From: Coriobacteriia bacterium
Lineage (GTDB): Bacteria > Actinomycetota > Coriobacteriia > Anaerosomatales > PALSA-660
Assembly: GCA_025361885.1 (NCBI GenBank)
Contig: JANYJF010000008.1
Location: forward strand, 3,800-67,799
DNA length: 64,000 nucleotides
Reading direction: 5' to 3'
Shown here: positions 55,270-64,000 of the stretch, piece after piece
How positions within the stretch are numbered: position 1 is the first letter of the stretch
Layout: every line of letters starts with the position of its first letter
Translations under genes and position numbers: made by a program
The notes under the pieces: model-generated
The model's database searches: none
The model's input: only the letters and a program-made list of their open reading frames with translations
Told to the model about the DNA's origin: nothing

Positions 55270-57317
55270 CGTGCCAACCCCTTCGCCACGTAGAAGATGA
55301 TGATCCCGAACAGCAGCATGAACAGGGCGTAGTTCGCGACAACGCCCGTCTGTAGACGCTTGAGCCAGCCGCCGATGGCCGCGGTGCCGCCGCCGACGGC
55401 GTTCACCCCGCCGTCGATGGCCCGGATGTCGACGAGCCGCAGGGCGGCCGCGATTCGCAGACCGGCCCGGCCGATGAGGTTGACCGCGCCGTCGATCACG
55501 TAGACGTCGACCCTGCTGAGGCCTTCGGCGAGGGCGGACGTGAGGCGCACGAAGACCGCCATGTACACGACGTCGATGTCCATGCGTCGCAGGAAGTCGC
55601 TGGTGGCGACCACAGGGTCGAGCACCGTGCGCTGCACGATGTCGTCGATGTTGAGCCGTCGCAGGAAGTCGCTGACCGCGAACACCGGCTGGATGAACAC
55701 CGAGCCGTACACGCGCTCCAGGCCGAACGTGCCGTTGCGATCGTGGGCCCCCTCGAGGCGCGAGCGGTTCTGCTCCCAGGCGATGTAGACGCCGGTAGCC
55801 GCCGCGCTGGCCGAGAGCAGCATCAGCCACCACAGCGCGTTCTCGACCTCGCCGGGCACGAGCAGCTCGCCGAGCTTGGGGAACAGCCCGGGCAGGTTGA
55901 TCGCGCCCGCGACGGACGTCAGCACGGCCAGCACGACCATCGGGACCAGCATGGCCCGCGGGGACTCGTGAGCGTGACGCTGCTCGGGACCGGTGAACAC
56001 CATGAAGTACTGCCGGAACATGTAGAAGGCGGTCAGCATCGCGGTCGCCAGAGCCGCGAAGAAGAGCGGATGGCCCAGGGCTTGGGTCGCGACCTTTGCG
56101 TCAGGAGCCCACATCGACACCAGGATGGCGTCTTTGGAGAAGAAGCCGGCGAGCGGCGGGATGCCCGCGAGAGCGAGGGCGCCAACAAGATAGACGATCG
56201 AGGTGATCTTCATCGTCTTGGCCAGGCCGCCCATCTCGCGGACGTCCTGCGTCTCCGACCCGTGGATGACCGAGCCGGCGGACAGGAACAGCAGGCTCTT
56301 GAAGAAGCCGTGGGTTATCAGGTGGAAGACGGCCGCCACGTACCCGCCCATCCCGAGCGCGGCCATCATGTAACCGAGCTGGCTCATGGTCGAGTAGGCC
56401 AGCGTGCGCTTGATGTCCGTCTCCGTCAGCGCGAGCGATGCCCCGAACACCGCCGAGGCGATCCCCGCCCCCGCCACGAACGGCAGAGCGCCGGACACCT
56501 CGAACACGGGGTACATCCGCGCCACCAGGAACACGCCAGCGGCCACCATCGTCGCGGAATGCAGCAGGCCGGAGACCGGCGTGGGGCCGGCCATCGCGTC
56601 GGGGAGCCAGATGTGGAGCGGGAACTGCGCGCTCTTGCCCACGGCGCCGCAGAACAGCAGCAGGCAGGCGATGAGCAGGACCGGTCGCGCGGTCGTCTCC
56701 CCCGCTCGCATCAGCACGGGGATGTCCAGCGTCCCGACCCGCGCCAGCAGCACGACCACGCCGAGCAGGAATCCCATGTCGCCCACGCGGGTGGTCAAGA
56801 ACGCCTTGATGCTCGCGCGTCGCGCCTCCTCGCGCTCGAACCAGAACCCGATGAGCAGGTAGCTGCACAGGCCCATGACCTCCCAGAAGACCATGAGCTG
56901 CAGCAGGTTGGCCGAGGTCACGAGCGCGAACATCGAGCACGTGAACAGCGAGAAGACGGCGAAGAACCACGGGTAGCGCGGATCGCCGTGCATGTAACCC
57001 GTCGCGTAGACGAACACCATGAGCGCCACGATCGCCACCATCAGGAGCACGGACGCCGACAGCCCGTCGACATAGACGCCGAAGTCGAGCCCGAATCGCC
57101 CGATGGTCGCCCACCGGAACGTGGCGTGCACCACCGGCTCGCCTTCCGCCGACAGCGCGCGCACGAGCAGCACCACAGCGCACGCGAGCGACCCGGCAAG
57201 GGCGCCGATGGCAACCCAGCCACTGCGCTCCCCCAGTCGGCGCCCGAAAACCACCAGCAGCACGAAGGCGGCTGCGGGCAGTATGGGCACGAGGGCTGCT
57301 GTGAGCGCTACGGGCAC
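55266..57317 (-). CDS. nuoL: complex I subunit L (antiporter-like, with a long lateral-helix region)
   Basis: 683 aa. ..WLPDAMAGPTPVS.. The C-terminal amphipathic region has repeated ..DFLRR.DID.. and ..VD..IDG.VN..G modules before the last TM helix. Confidence 0.9.
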   Translation of the reverse strand: MPVALTAALVPILPAAAFVLLVVFGRRLGERSGWVAIGALAGSLACAVVLLVRALSAEGEPVVHATFRWATIGRFGLDFGVYVDGLSASVLLMVAIVALMVFVYATGYMHGDPRYPWFFAVFSLFTCSMFALVTSANLLQLMVFWEVMGLCSYLLIGFWFEREEARRASIKAFLTTRVGDMGFLLGVVVLLARVGTLDIPVLMRAGETTARPVLLIACLLLFCGAVGKSAQFPLHIWLPDAMAGPTPVSGLLHSATMVAAGVFLVARMYPVFEVSGALPFVAGAGIASAVFGASLALTETDIKRTLAYSTMSQLGYMMAALGMGGYVAAVFHLITHGFFKSLLFLSAGSVIHGSETQDVREMGGLAKTMKITSIVYLVGALALAGIPPLAGFFSKDAILVSMWAPDAKVATQALGHPLFFAALATAMLTAFYMFRQYFMVFTGPEQRHAHESPRAMLVPMVVLAVLTSVAGAINLPGLFPKLGELLVPGEVENALWWLMLLSASAAATGVYIAWEQNRSRLEGAHDRNGTFGLERVYGSVFIQPVFAVSDFLRRLNIDDIVQRTVLDPVVATSDFLRRMDIDVVYMAVFVRLTSALAEGLSRVDVYVIDGAVNLIGRAGLRIAAALRLVDIRAIDGGVNAVGGGTAAIGGWLKRLQTGVVANYALFMLLFGIIIFYVAKGLAR
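55571..55674 (-). repeat. in-frame 72-nt (24-codon) tandem duplication within the nuoL lateral-helix region
   Basis: cgtcgcaggaagtcgctg occurs at 55585-55602 and again at 55657-55674. gtcgatgt occurs at 55572 and 55644. The encoded peptides are SDFLRRLNIDDIV and SDFLRRMDIDVVY. Confidence 0.65.
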
Positions 57318-57321
57318 CTGC

Positions 57322-57630
57322 TCACCCCTTCATGAGGTCGAGGTCGTCGGTGGAGGTGGAGCCGTGTTTGCGGAAGTACAGGAGCACGAGCGCCAGGCCC
57401 ATGCCGATCTCGGCCGCGGAGATGACCATGCAGAACGTCGCGAAGACCATCCCGGTCATTGAGCGGTCGCCGAGTGCACGACCGAGCGCCAGGAACGTGA
57501 GCGCAACGGCGGACGTCATGAGCTCCAGGCACATGAGCGCCTGTACGAGGCTTCGCCTGGTCAGGAACCCGATCATCGCGAGGAGGAAGACGACCGCGCC
57601 CAGTATCAGGAAAGCGATGGGAGGGACCAT
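57322..57630 (-). CDS. nuoK: complex I subunit K
   Basis: The start was reset to MVPPIAFLILGAVVF (TGATG overlap with nuoJ). 102 aa, 3 TM helices, conserved Glu residues in the TM helices (..CLELM.., ..AAEIGMGLA..). Confidence 0.88.
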   Translation of the reverse strand: MVPPIAFLILGAVVFLLAMIGFLTRRSLVQALMCLELMTSAVALTFLALGRALGDRSMTGMVFATFCMVISAAEIGMGLALVLLYFRKHGSTSTDDLDLMKG

Positions 57631-58133
57631 CAGCTCGCCTCCCTGGCCAGGTAGATGGCGCCGACGAGGGCTGCGAGCAGGATGGCCGACGAGATCTCGA
57701 ACGGCGCGACGTACGTGGTGAGCAGCGCTCGGGCCAGCTCCTCCGTACCGCCTGGCGCCGTCGCGGCGAGGGGAAGCGCCGCGGCGAGCGTGCGCAGCGC
57801 GTCGATGAGCGGGATCGCGAAAGCCACGCCCACGGCGAGCGCGAGCCACGTCTGGCGCTGCAGCAGGCTGTCGAAGGCCACCACGCTGGTCGAAGTCAGC
57901 ATCACGACGAAGACCACCACGACCGTGACGGCGCCCGCGTAGATGAACAGTTGCAGCAGCGCCAGGAACGTCGCGTCGAGAAGCGCATAGAGGCCGGCGA
58001 AGGACAGCAGCGCTCCCGCGAGGAACACCGCGCTGTGAACGAAGTTGCGGCTCAGCATCATCGCGACGGAGCAGCCCACGATGACGACCGCCATGAGGGT
58101 GAACAGGAACCAGGAGGTGGCCTCAGCGCCCAT
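57630..58133 (-). CDS. nuoJ: complex I subunit J
   Basis: 167 aa hydrophobic protein in the conserved position between nuoI and nuoK. Confidence 0.8.
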   Translation of the reverse strand: MGAEATSWFLFTLMAVVIVGCSVAMMLSRNFVHSAVFLAGALLSFAGLYALLDATFLALLQLFIYAGAVTVVVVFVVMLTSTSVVAFDSLLQRQTWLALAVGVAFAIPLIDALRTLAAALPLAATAPGGTEELARALLTTYVAPFEISSAILLAALVGAIYLAREAS

Positions 58134-58551
58134 GCCGCTCCCCCTCTCCTTCGCCCGTGGCGCGGCTGCCGTCGACCAGTTTGTAGATGAGGTCGGACTT
58201 CAGATACGTGGCTCGCTCGAAGTCGCCGGTGAAGTGCAGCGCCGAGAACGGGCAGAGCTCGACGCAGATGCCGCAGAACGTGCAGCGGCCGCTGTTGACC
58301 GTGAAGCTGAGCGGCACCTTCGGGTTCTCGGTGTCCTTCTCGATGCGGATGACGTGGTCCGGGCAGCCCGTCTGGCACGTCATGCAGGCCTTGCACGCCG
58401 GGACTCCGGCCTCGTCGTGGTACATGGCCAGGAACATGCGCGACGTCGCCGGTAGTACCGGCTGCTGATACGGGTAGAGCTGCGTCTCCGTGGGCCTGCG
58501 AAGCCGCTGGAACGTGATGCCGAGTCCCTTGAGGAGTCCCTGCCCGAACAT
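58123..58551 (-). CDS. nuoI: complex I subunit I (2x[4Fe-4S] ferredoxin-type)
   Basis: The start was reset to MFGQGLLKGLGITF. CKACMTCQTGCP and CTFCGICVELCP. Confidence 0.9.
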   Translation of the reverse strand: MFGQGLLKGLGITFQRLRRPTETQLYPYQQPVLPATSRMFLAMYHDEAGVPACKACMTCQTGCPDHVIRIEKDTENPKVPLSFTVNSGRCTFCGICVELCPFSALHFTGDFERATYLKSDLIYKLVDGSRATGEGEGERHGR

Positions 58552-58553
58552 GG

Positions 58554-59528
58554 TCAGAACCACCTCTTGGGCAGCACGAGCATCAGTGACGCGACGAGCA
58601 TGATGTTGGCGAGCGCCACCGGGATGAGGATCTTCCAGGACATCTCCATGAGCGTGTCGACGCGCAGGCGCGGGAACGTGGCGCGAAACCACATCGTCGA
58701 CGTCATGAGCAGCACGGTCTTGAGGAACAGCCAAACGGGCGAAGCTGGCAGCAGCGGCATGTTCCATCCGCCCAGGAACAGGGTCGCTATCAGGTACGAG
58801 CCCATCAGTAGCGCCGTGTACTCCGCAAGCTGGACGAGGCCGAACTTCATGCCGGAGTACTCGGTGTGGTAGCCCGCGACCAGCTCAGACTCCGCCTCAG
58901 GCATGTCGAACGGCGTGCGGTTGATCTCGGCGAGCACCGCGAGCGAGAAGATCACGAACCCGATCGGCTGTCGCACTATGAACCAGGGCCCGGACGCCTG
59001 CGCCTGGGCGATGTCCGTCAGCCGCATCGAGCCCACCGACATGACCACTCCCATGGCCGCGAGCAGCATCGGGATCTCATAGCTGATGAGCTGCGCGGCT
59101 GCGCGCAGGCCGCCGAGCAGCGTGTACTTGTTGTCGCACGACCAGCCGATGAGCGCGAAGCCCACCGGCATGACCGTCTGCATCGCGAAGACGAAGAACA
59201 GCCCGTGGCGCATGTCCACGAACGCGACGCCGGGCATGAACGTCATGGCTGCCAGGGACGTGAAGGCGGGGACTGCCACGAACATCGGTGCCACCTGGAA
59301 CAGCATCCGATCGGCCTTGGTGGGGACGACGTCCTCCTTGGAGATCATCTTCACCATGTCCGCGGGCAGCTGCAGCAGGCCGTGCCAGCCGTGATGCAGC
59401 GGCCCACGCCGCGCCTGGAAGTGGCCGATGACCTTGCGCTCCCAGTACACGCCGATCAGTGCCGTCAGCGCCATGAGGGCGAAGAGACCCGCCAGCCACA
59501 AGACCGTGTTCCAGCCCAGGCCGCTCAT
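58554..59528 (-). CDS. nuoH: complex I subunit H
   Basis: The start was reset to MSGLGWNTVLW (ATGA overlap with the nuoD stop). ..ERKVIGHFQARRGP.., ..INRTPFDMPEAESELVAGYHTEYSG.. Confidence 0.92.
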   Translation of the reverse strand: MSGLGWNTVLWLAGLFALMALTALIGVYWERKVIGHFQARRGPLHHGWHGLLQLPADMVKMISKEDVVPTKADRMLFQVAPMFVAVPAFTSLAAMTFMPGVAFVDMRHGLFFVFAMQTVMPVGFALIGWSCDNKYTLLGGLRAAAQLISYEIPMLLAAMGVVMSVGSMRLTDIAQAQASGPWFIVRQPIGFVIFSLAVLAEINRTPFDMPEAESELVAGYHTEYSGMKFGLVQLAEYTALLMGSYLIATLFLGGWNMPLLPASPVWLFLKTVLLMTSTMWFRATFPRLRVDTLMEMSWKILIPVALANIMLVASLMLVLPKRWF

Positions 59529-60655
59529 CGGTCGATCTCCCCCATCGACGTGTCGATCCCGCCGAAGATCACGAGCGCGTCCTGAAGCTTCCAACCCGGC
59601 AGCATCTTGGGCAGGGCCGAGATATTGTAGAAGATGGGCGACCGCACGCGGAACCGGTACGGTTTGGGCCCGCCGTCGCTGACCAGGTAGATGCCGAGCT
59701 CGCCGCGCGGCGACTCGGTGCGGACGTACACCTCGCCCGCCTCGGGCTTGAGCAGGCGGGGTACCTTCACCGAGATGTCGCCCTCGGGCATGCGCTCGAT
59801 GACCTGACGGCAGATGCTCGCGGCCTCACGCATCTCGGCCATGCGTACCTCGCAACGTGCGAACGAATCGGAGACCGTCGAGGTCGGGACTGCGAACTCG
59901 ACCTTGTCATAGGCGCCGTACGGGGCGTCCTTCCGCAGGTCCTGCGCCAGCCCCGACGCTCTGAGGAACGGCCCGGTGATCCCCCACTCCACCAACTGGG
60001 CGGTAGTGAAGGCGCCGATCCCCTTCATGCGCGACTGCACGATCTCGTTGCCCAGAAGCAGGGCGTCCAGGTCGTCCATCAGCTCCAGGAACTCGCCGCC
60101 AAGGTAGTCGTGGATGTCCTCGAGCAGCCCGGGCGCCACGTCACAGCGCACGCCGCCGAAGCGGAAGTAGTTGTACATCATCCGAGCGCCGGTCACGGCC
60201 TCGAAGAAATCGTAGATGCGCTCGCGGGCCTTGAAAGCATAGATGAAAGGCGTGCCCATGGTGCCGATGTCCATCGTGACCCCCGCGTACCACATGATGT
60301 GACTCGTGATGCGGTTGAGCTCGCAGAAGAGCGTGCGGATCCACTCGGCGCGCTCGGGGACCTCGATGGCTGTGAGCCGCTCGACCGCCCGGCAGTACGC
60401 CCACTCGTTGCCGATCTGCGAGACGTAATCCAGCCGATCGGTGTAGACGAGATCCTGCTGCCACGTGCGGTACTCCGCGAGCTTCTCGATGCCACGATGC
60501 AGATAGCCGAGGATCGGCTTGGCTGCTACCACCGTCTCGCCCGAGAGCTCGACCAGTATGTGCGTCACTCCATGCGTCGAGGGGTGCTGGGGCCCGATGT
60601 TGAGCAGGACCGTCTCGGTGCCGGCGCAGGCGTCCGCCCGGTTGAAGGTCACCAC
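59525..60655 (-). CDS. nuoD: complex I subunit D
   Basis: NIGPQHPSTHGV, YLHRGIEKL; 376 aa; it abuts nuoH directly. Confidence 0.92.
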   Translation of the reverse strand: MVTFNRADACAGTETVLLNIGPQHPSTHGVTHILVELSGETVVAAKPILGYLHRGIEKLAEYRTWQQDLVYTDRLDYVSQIGNEWAYCRAVERLTAIEVPERAEWIRTLFCELNRITSHIMWYAGVTMDIGTMGTPFIYAFKARERIYDFFEAVTGARMMYNYFRFGGVRCDVAPGLLEDIHDYLGGEFLELMDDLDALLLGNEIVQSRMKGIGAFTTAQLVEWGITGPFLRASGLAQDLRKDAPYGAYDKVEFAVPTSTVSDSFARCEVRMAEMREAASICRQVIERMPEGDISVKVPRLLKPEAGEVYVRTESPRGELGIYLVSDGGPKPYRFRVRSPIFYNISALPKMLPGWKLQDALVIFGGIDTSMGEIDR

Positions 60656-61077
60656 GGCGCGACCTCCAGCCCGAACTCCTTGCGAAGCGGATGGCCGAGG
60701 AAGTGATCGGGCAACAGCACGCGGCTGGGGTCGGGGTGTCCCAGGAAGTCGACACCGAAGAGGTCGAAGACCTCACGCTCGGCGTATTCGGCCGACGGGA
60801 AGACCGGCACGAGCGTGTCGATGCGGGGATCGTCCTCGTGGACCATGCAGTGCACCGAGAACTGCTCCGAGGCCGACGCGAGGAGCTGCACGACGACCTC
60901 GATGCTCGCCATGTGGTCCACCGCGGTCACGTCGGACAGCCGGCACCCGGCTCCAGCCAGCGCGGCCACGAGCGCGCGGTACGAGTCCCTGGGCACCCTC
61001 ACGAGGGGGTCGAGCCCCGACGAGTCGAGTTCGGCGTCGGGGAACGAGCCGACGATGGCTGCCAGCTCAGGAGTCAT
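60649..61077 (-). CDS. nuoC: complex I subunit C
   Basis: ..[26 protein letters not shown]; 142 aa. Confidence 0.85.
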   Translation of the reverse strand: MTPELAAIVGSFPDAELDSSGLDPLVRVPRDSYRALVAALAGAGCRLSDVTAVDHMASIEVVVQLLASASEQFSVHCMVHEDDPRIDTLVPVFPSAEYAEREVFDLFGVDFLGHPDPSRVLLPDHFLGHPLRKEFGLEVAPW

Positions 61078-61654
61078 CGTCCTCGCCTTCAGGCTCGAGA
61101 CACGTCTTGGGCGGGTCGGTGATGGCCTCGGGCCACTCGGGCGGCAGGTCCGGCGGGACGTAGATCGCCTCGCGGTCGCTGCCTATGAAGCTCGTGGAGG
61201 CGATCTTCTCCTGGAGCCTGAGACAGCCGTAGAACAGCGCCTCGGGGCGCGGGGGGCAGCCGGGCACGTAGACGTCCACCGGGAAGATGGTGTCGGCGCC
61301 GCGCAACACGTTGTACGAGTCAGCGAACGCCCCGCCCGATATCGCACACGATCCCATAGCGATGACCCAGCGCGGTTCGGCCATCTGGTTGTAGACCCGC
61401 GTGTAGACCGGCTCCATCTTGCGCGTGATCGGCCCCGGGACTATCAGCACGTCCGACTGGCGCGGCGACGACCGGAACATGATGCCGAACCGGTCGAAGT
61501 CGTAGCGTGCGGAGCCGGCGGTCATCATCTCGAGCGAGCAGCATGCTAGTCCGGCCTGGCATGGCCACATCGAACGCGAGCGGCCCCAGCGCAGCAGTTT
61601 ATCGAGAGTGGTGGTGATGAAGCCCGGGGTCTCCGCGGTGTCGACTACGCCCAC
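61067..61654 (-). CDS. nuoB: complex I subunit B (N2 [4Fe-4S] cluster) with an acidic C-terminal extension
   Basis: ..GLACCSLEM.., ..MGSCAISGG.., ..VPGCPPRPE.. The GTG start 61654 is preceded by AAGGGGG; an alternative ATG lies at 61675. Confidence 0.88.
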   Translation of the reverse strand: MGVVDTAETPGFITTTLDKLLRWGRSRSMWPCQAGLACCSLEMMTAGSARYDFDRFGIMFRSSPRQSDVLIVPGPITRKMEPVYTRVYNQMAEPRWVIAMGSCAISGGAFADSYNVLRGADTIFPVDVYVPGCPPRPEALFYGCLRLQEKIASTSFIGSDREAIYVPPDLPPEWPEAITDPPKTCLEPEGEDDDS

Positions 61655-62004
61655 TTCAGCGCCCCCTTCTTCCATGCGTACACGAGGCCGATGACCAGCA
61701 CTACGATGAAGACAGCCATCTCGGCGAGCGCGAACGCGCCGAGCTTGCGGTACACGATGGCCCACGGGTACAGGAACGCCGTCTCGATATCGAAGATGAG
61801 GAAGATGATCGCGAAGGCGTAGTACTGGATGCGGTAGGGCACCCACGGCCCACCGATCGGCTCATGTCCACACTCGTAGGTGGCGTTCTTCAGCGCGTTC
61901 GGGCGCTTGGGCGCCAAGATGGCCACGAGCGCGTAGACGACGAGGACGAACGCTACGCCGACGCAGCCCGCGAGACCGATCGCGAGGAGACTGTCCAGGT
62001 GCAT
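61645..62004 (-). CDS. nuoA: complex I subunit A
   Basis: 119 aa, 3 TM helices, ..YECGHEP...[19 protein letters not shown]. Confidence 0.88.
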   Translation of the reverse strand: MHLDSLLAIGLAGCVGVAFVLVVYALVAILAPKRPNALKNATYECGHEPIGGPWVPYRIQYYAFAIIFLIFDIETAFLYPWAIVYRKLGAFALAEMAVFIVVLVIGLVYAWKKGALKWA

Positions 62005-62177
62005 GCCCTACCCCCGTGGAGCTCTTGAGCGACCGCCATTGCCAGACCCTGTTCGCGCGATGTTCAACAACGGGGTGCCCATCTCCTGCAGGCCGCGCGA
62101 ATCCTGAGCGCGTCTTAGCGCGGCTGGAATGCTCGCGCTGGTGGCGCGGACCGGCTCCAAAGCGGAACACGCGCGCG

Positions 62178-63122
62178 CTAATGCGTTACGAACACTGGCA
62201 ATCCCGCGTCCCTGATGACGTGCGCGGAGACGCTGCCGAGCAGGATCTGCTCCCCCAACGTCCGCCCACGCGAGCCGATCATGAAGCACGTCGCGTGCAG
62301 GTAATCGGCCGTCTCCTTGAGCTCGTCGATGACGTGCCCGATCCCGAGCTCCGGCTGTGCGTCGATGCCCTTGGCCGCCAGTTCGGCGCGGATGGCCGCG
62401 AGCACCCGTCGCAGCGTGCGCACTCGCGCCTCCCGGTGCTCCCGTATCTCACGAGGATTGACCACGTGCGAGATGTAGACGCAACCGATCGACGGTCCAT
62501 CGAGCGACTTGATGAGATCGAGCATGCGCTCGGACTCGTCTGAGAAGTCCGTGGTGAACACCGCGCGCTTCATGAGGTTCTCGCCGAGGCGCGCCGCATG
62601 CTGCGGCGAGCTTCCGGCGATGCACGAGAACGGGAGCATGAGCACGGGCACCGGGGACGTCCGCCCGATCATCTCCGATGTGCTGCCCACGGTCAGCTCG
62701 TTGATGGCACTGCGCCCTCGGGTCCCCGTGAGGATGAGTGAGGCCGACTCCGCGTGCGCGGCCTCGAGCACGTCGGCCAGAGGCCCGTTGGGGCCCAGGA
62801 TGGTGCGCACCGATATCCCCGCGCCCTCGACGATCGCCGCGAGGGCATCGAGCCGCTCAGCGAGCTCGTGTTCCTGCCGGACCGCCACAGCCTGCTCGAC
62901 ACCCGTGATCCGCGCGGAGTGGATGAGCACCGCCTCGCGCGTTCCGTATCTGGCGAGGCCGGACAGGAAGTACATGACGAGCTCGTCGGATTCTCCGAGT
63001 TCGACCGGGACCAGGATTCGCTCGAACACCGGGCCTCCCCGCCTGATGTGGTGTCCCATCCGCGGCCTCGCCGGTGCCGCGTGCGGCGTCTCCACTGATG
63101 CGGTGACGTCGCCGGTGTCCAT
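62178..63122 (-). CDS. tandem universal stress protein (two UspA domains)
   Basis: Two copies of the G-x2-G-x9-G-S/T pattern (TGTRGRSAINELTVGSTSE; IGSRGRTLGEQILLGSVSA). The start is uncertain (63122 or 63059). Confidence 0.75.
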   Translation of the reverse strand: MDTGDVTASVETPHAAPARPRMGHHIRRGGPVFERILVPVELGESDELVMYFLSGLARYGTREAVLIHSARITGVEQAVAVRQEHELAERLDALAAIVEGAGISVRTILGPNGPLADVLEAAHAESASLILTGTRGRSAINELTVGSTSEMIGRTSPVPVLMLPFSCIAGSSPQHAARLGENLMKRAVFTTDFSDESERMLDLIKSLDGPSIGCVYISHVVNPREIREHREARVRTLRRVLAAIRAELAAKGIDAQPELGIGHVIDELKETADYLHATCFMIGSRGRTLGEQILLGSVSAHVIRDAGLPVFVTH

Positions 63123-63276
63123 GGTAGCCGATGCCCGGGTCGTTCGGACAGCGGCGACACTTCGGGGGACCGGCGACGGGCCGGAGCGCAAAGCGCGGTC
63201 CGGCCCGTCTCGTTGGAGCGTCGCGTGGAGACCGCGGGGGCGGTCCCGAGCGACCCGGTCTCCCACAAGGATGTAT

Positions 63277-64000
63277 CTACGCCCTCGCGGTGGCACCCGC
63301 GGCGACCTGTGCGGCGGCCTCCTCGACGGGGGCCTTGGAGACGAACGTCAACCCCGCGGCGACCAGGCACAGTACCGCGGCGATGGTGTACGCAAGGCCG
63401 TACGAGCCATTCGGGAGCGTCGTGGTCTTCGACGCGTCGACGATGGCGGCCGCGACCTGGGACCCGAACACCCCGCCGAAGCCCCACGCGGTGAAGACCA
63501 GACCGTAGTTGACGCCGAGGTTCTTGGTCCCGAAGAAGTCGCACGTGGTGGCCGGGAACAGGGTCAGGTTCGAGCCATAGGAGAAGCCGATGATCGCGGC
63601 CGCGCCCAGGAGCAGCGGCACGGTCGTCGCACGGGCCAGCACGAGCATCATGACCGCCTGGAGCAAGAAGACGCCGAGCATGGTCTTCTGGCGCCCGATA
63701 CGGTCCGAGATGAGGCCCGAGAGTGGGCGGCCGGCGAAGTTGCCGATAGCCAGCGTCGCGACGAGCACGTAGCTCATGGTGGTGGCGGTCTCCTTGCCGA
63801 GCTGGAGCCCGGCGATCTTCGCCATATGGCCGATGATCATGAGGCCGGCGAAAGCGGCGAAGGCGTACATGAGCCACAGCACGTAGAAGTTCGGGGTGCG
63901 GACCATCTCGCGCCACGTGTACTCACGCGTCGTCTGCTTCGGTGCGGACGCGGACGTCGACGCGTTGTAGGCGCCCGGGGGCACGAAGCCGATCGGCGGG
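63277..64000 (-). CDS. MFS transporter, oxalate/formate-antiporter-like (C-terminal half; 5' end outside window)
   Basis: The frame stays open to the window edge. About 6 TM helices with the MFS loop motif (GRPLSGLISDRIGRQKT). Confidence 0.7.
   Translation of the reverse strand, partial: PPIGFVPPGAYNASTSASAPKQTTREYTWREMVRTPNFYVLWLMYAFAAFAGLMIIGHMAKIAGLQLGKETATTMSYVLVATLAIGNFAGRPLSGLISDRIGRQKTMLGVFLLQAVMMLVLARATTVPLLLGAAAIIGFSYGSNLTLFPATTCDFFGTKNLGVNYGLVFTAWGFGGVFGSQVAAAIVDASKTTTLPNGSYGLAYTIAAVLCLVAAGLTFVSKAPVEEAAAQVAAGATARA

Noticed and set aside
55270-55833. Long Arg/His-rich N-terminal extensions in the ORF track (for example nuoM +188 aa, cinA +167 aa, recX +164 aa, nusA +105 aa, dapL +99 aa, the AMMECR1 fusion +97 aa).
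   Set aside because: The extensions overlap the 3' end of the upstream gene in another frame and have no protein-like composition. They end exactly where a conserved N-terminus with an SD or an ATGA/GTGA overlap begins. Starts were reset accordingly.
58551-60655. Hidden or degraded nuoE/F/G between nuoD and nuoH, or a fused nuoCD.
   Set aside because: nuoD and nuoH overlap by 4 nt, and nuoC and nuoD are separate overlapping genes of normal size. No leftover ORF fragments with NuoE/F/G motifs (FMN/NADH-binding or extra Fe-S Cys clusters) were seen in any frame.
62005-62177. Riboswitch or ncRNA in the 173-nt region upstream of nuoA.
   Set aside because: Only short GC hairpins and an 8-bp long-range pairing (TTAGCGCG/CGCGCTAA) were seen. 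These are compatible with a terminator for the upstream USP gene. I recognised no conserved riboswitch core motifs, and the promoter assignment (TTGAAC-17-TGGCAAT) is weak.
1-64000. Mobile elements, prophage remnants, toxin-antitoxin pairs or known defence systems.
   Set aside because: No transposase, integrase, recombinase, phage structural, restriction-modification, Cas, nuclease-helicase or small paired TA-like ORFs were recognised. There are no flanking tRNA or direct-repeat boundaries. Gene orientation and composition look uniform throughout.

Overview
GC-rich bacterial chromosomal segment (roughly two-thirds G+C by eye, not computed). I call 59 protein genes. All but the first lie on the minus strand, and they are tightly packed with many 1-4 nt start/stop overlaps (ATGA/GTGA). 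The ORF track often over-extends N-termini into Arg-rich run-ons, so I re-set starts using conserved N-terminal motifs, Shine-Dalgarno sequences and stop/start overlaps. All family calls are by-eye motif recognition; no database search was run.

The backbone is the conserved actinobacterial housekeeping array: proS / rimP-nusA-ylxR-infB-rbfA-nrnA-truB-ribF / rpsO-pnp-M16 peptidase-dapB-lysC / dapA-rnj-uppP / ftsK / rimO-pgsA-cinA / recA-recX / miaB / miaA-dapF-dapL / hflX. Firmicute-type modules (RNase Y, SpoVS, YlxR) are also present, which suggests a deep-branching or Coriobacteriia-like member of the Actinomycetota (inference). I saw no rRNA, tRNA, CRISPR array, transposase, integrase or recognisable defence system.

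Five things depart from the backbone:
1. An orphan MutL-N-like GHKL ATPase sits between rny and spoVS and is followed by a PHP phosphoesterase.
2. A LigB/Memo-like + AMMECR1 fusion gene is wedged between miaB and miaA.
3. A co-directional accessory cluster at 766-9437 contains an alpha-oxoamine synthase, a GtrB-like GT2 with no canonical start codon upstream of its conserved N-terminal motif, a GT-C-like polytopic protein, and two tandem 10-TM GGDEF+HD-GYP proteins.
4. An 11-gene nuoABCDHIJKLMN operon lacks nuoEFG and is followed by a stand-alone 130-aa Rossmann mini-protein.
5. There are several structured leaders and attenuator-like elements (rny, rimP-nusA, rnj, pnp).
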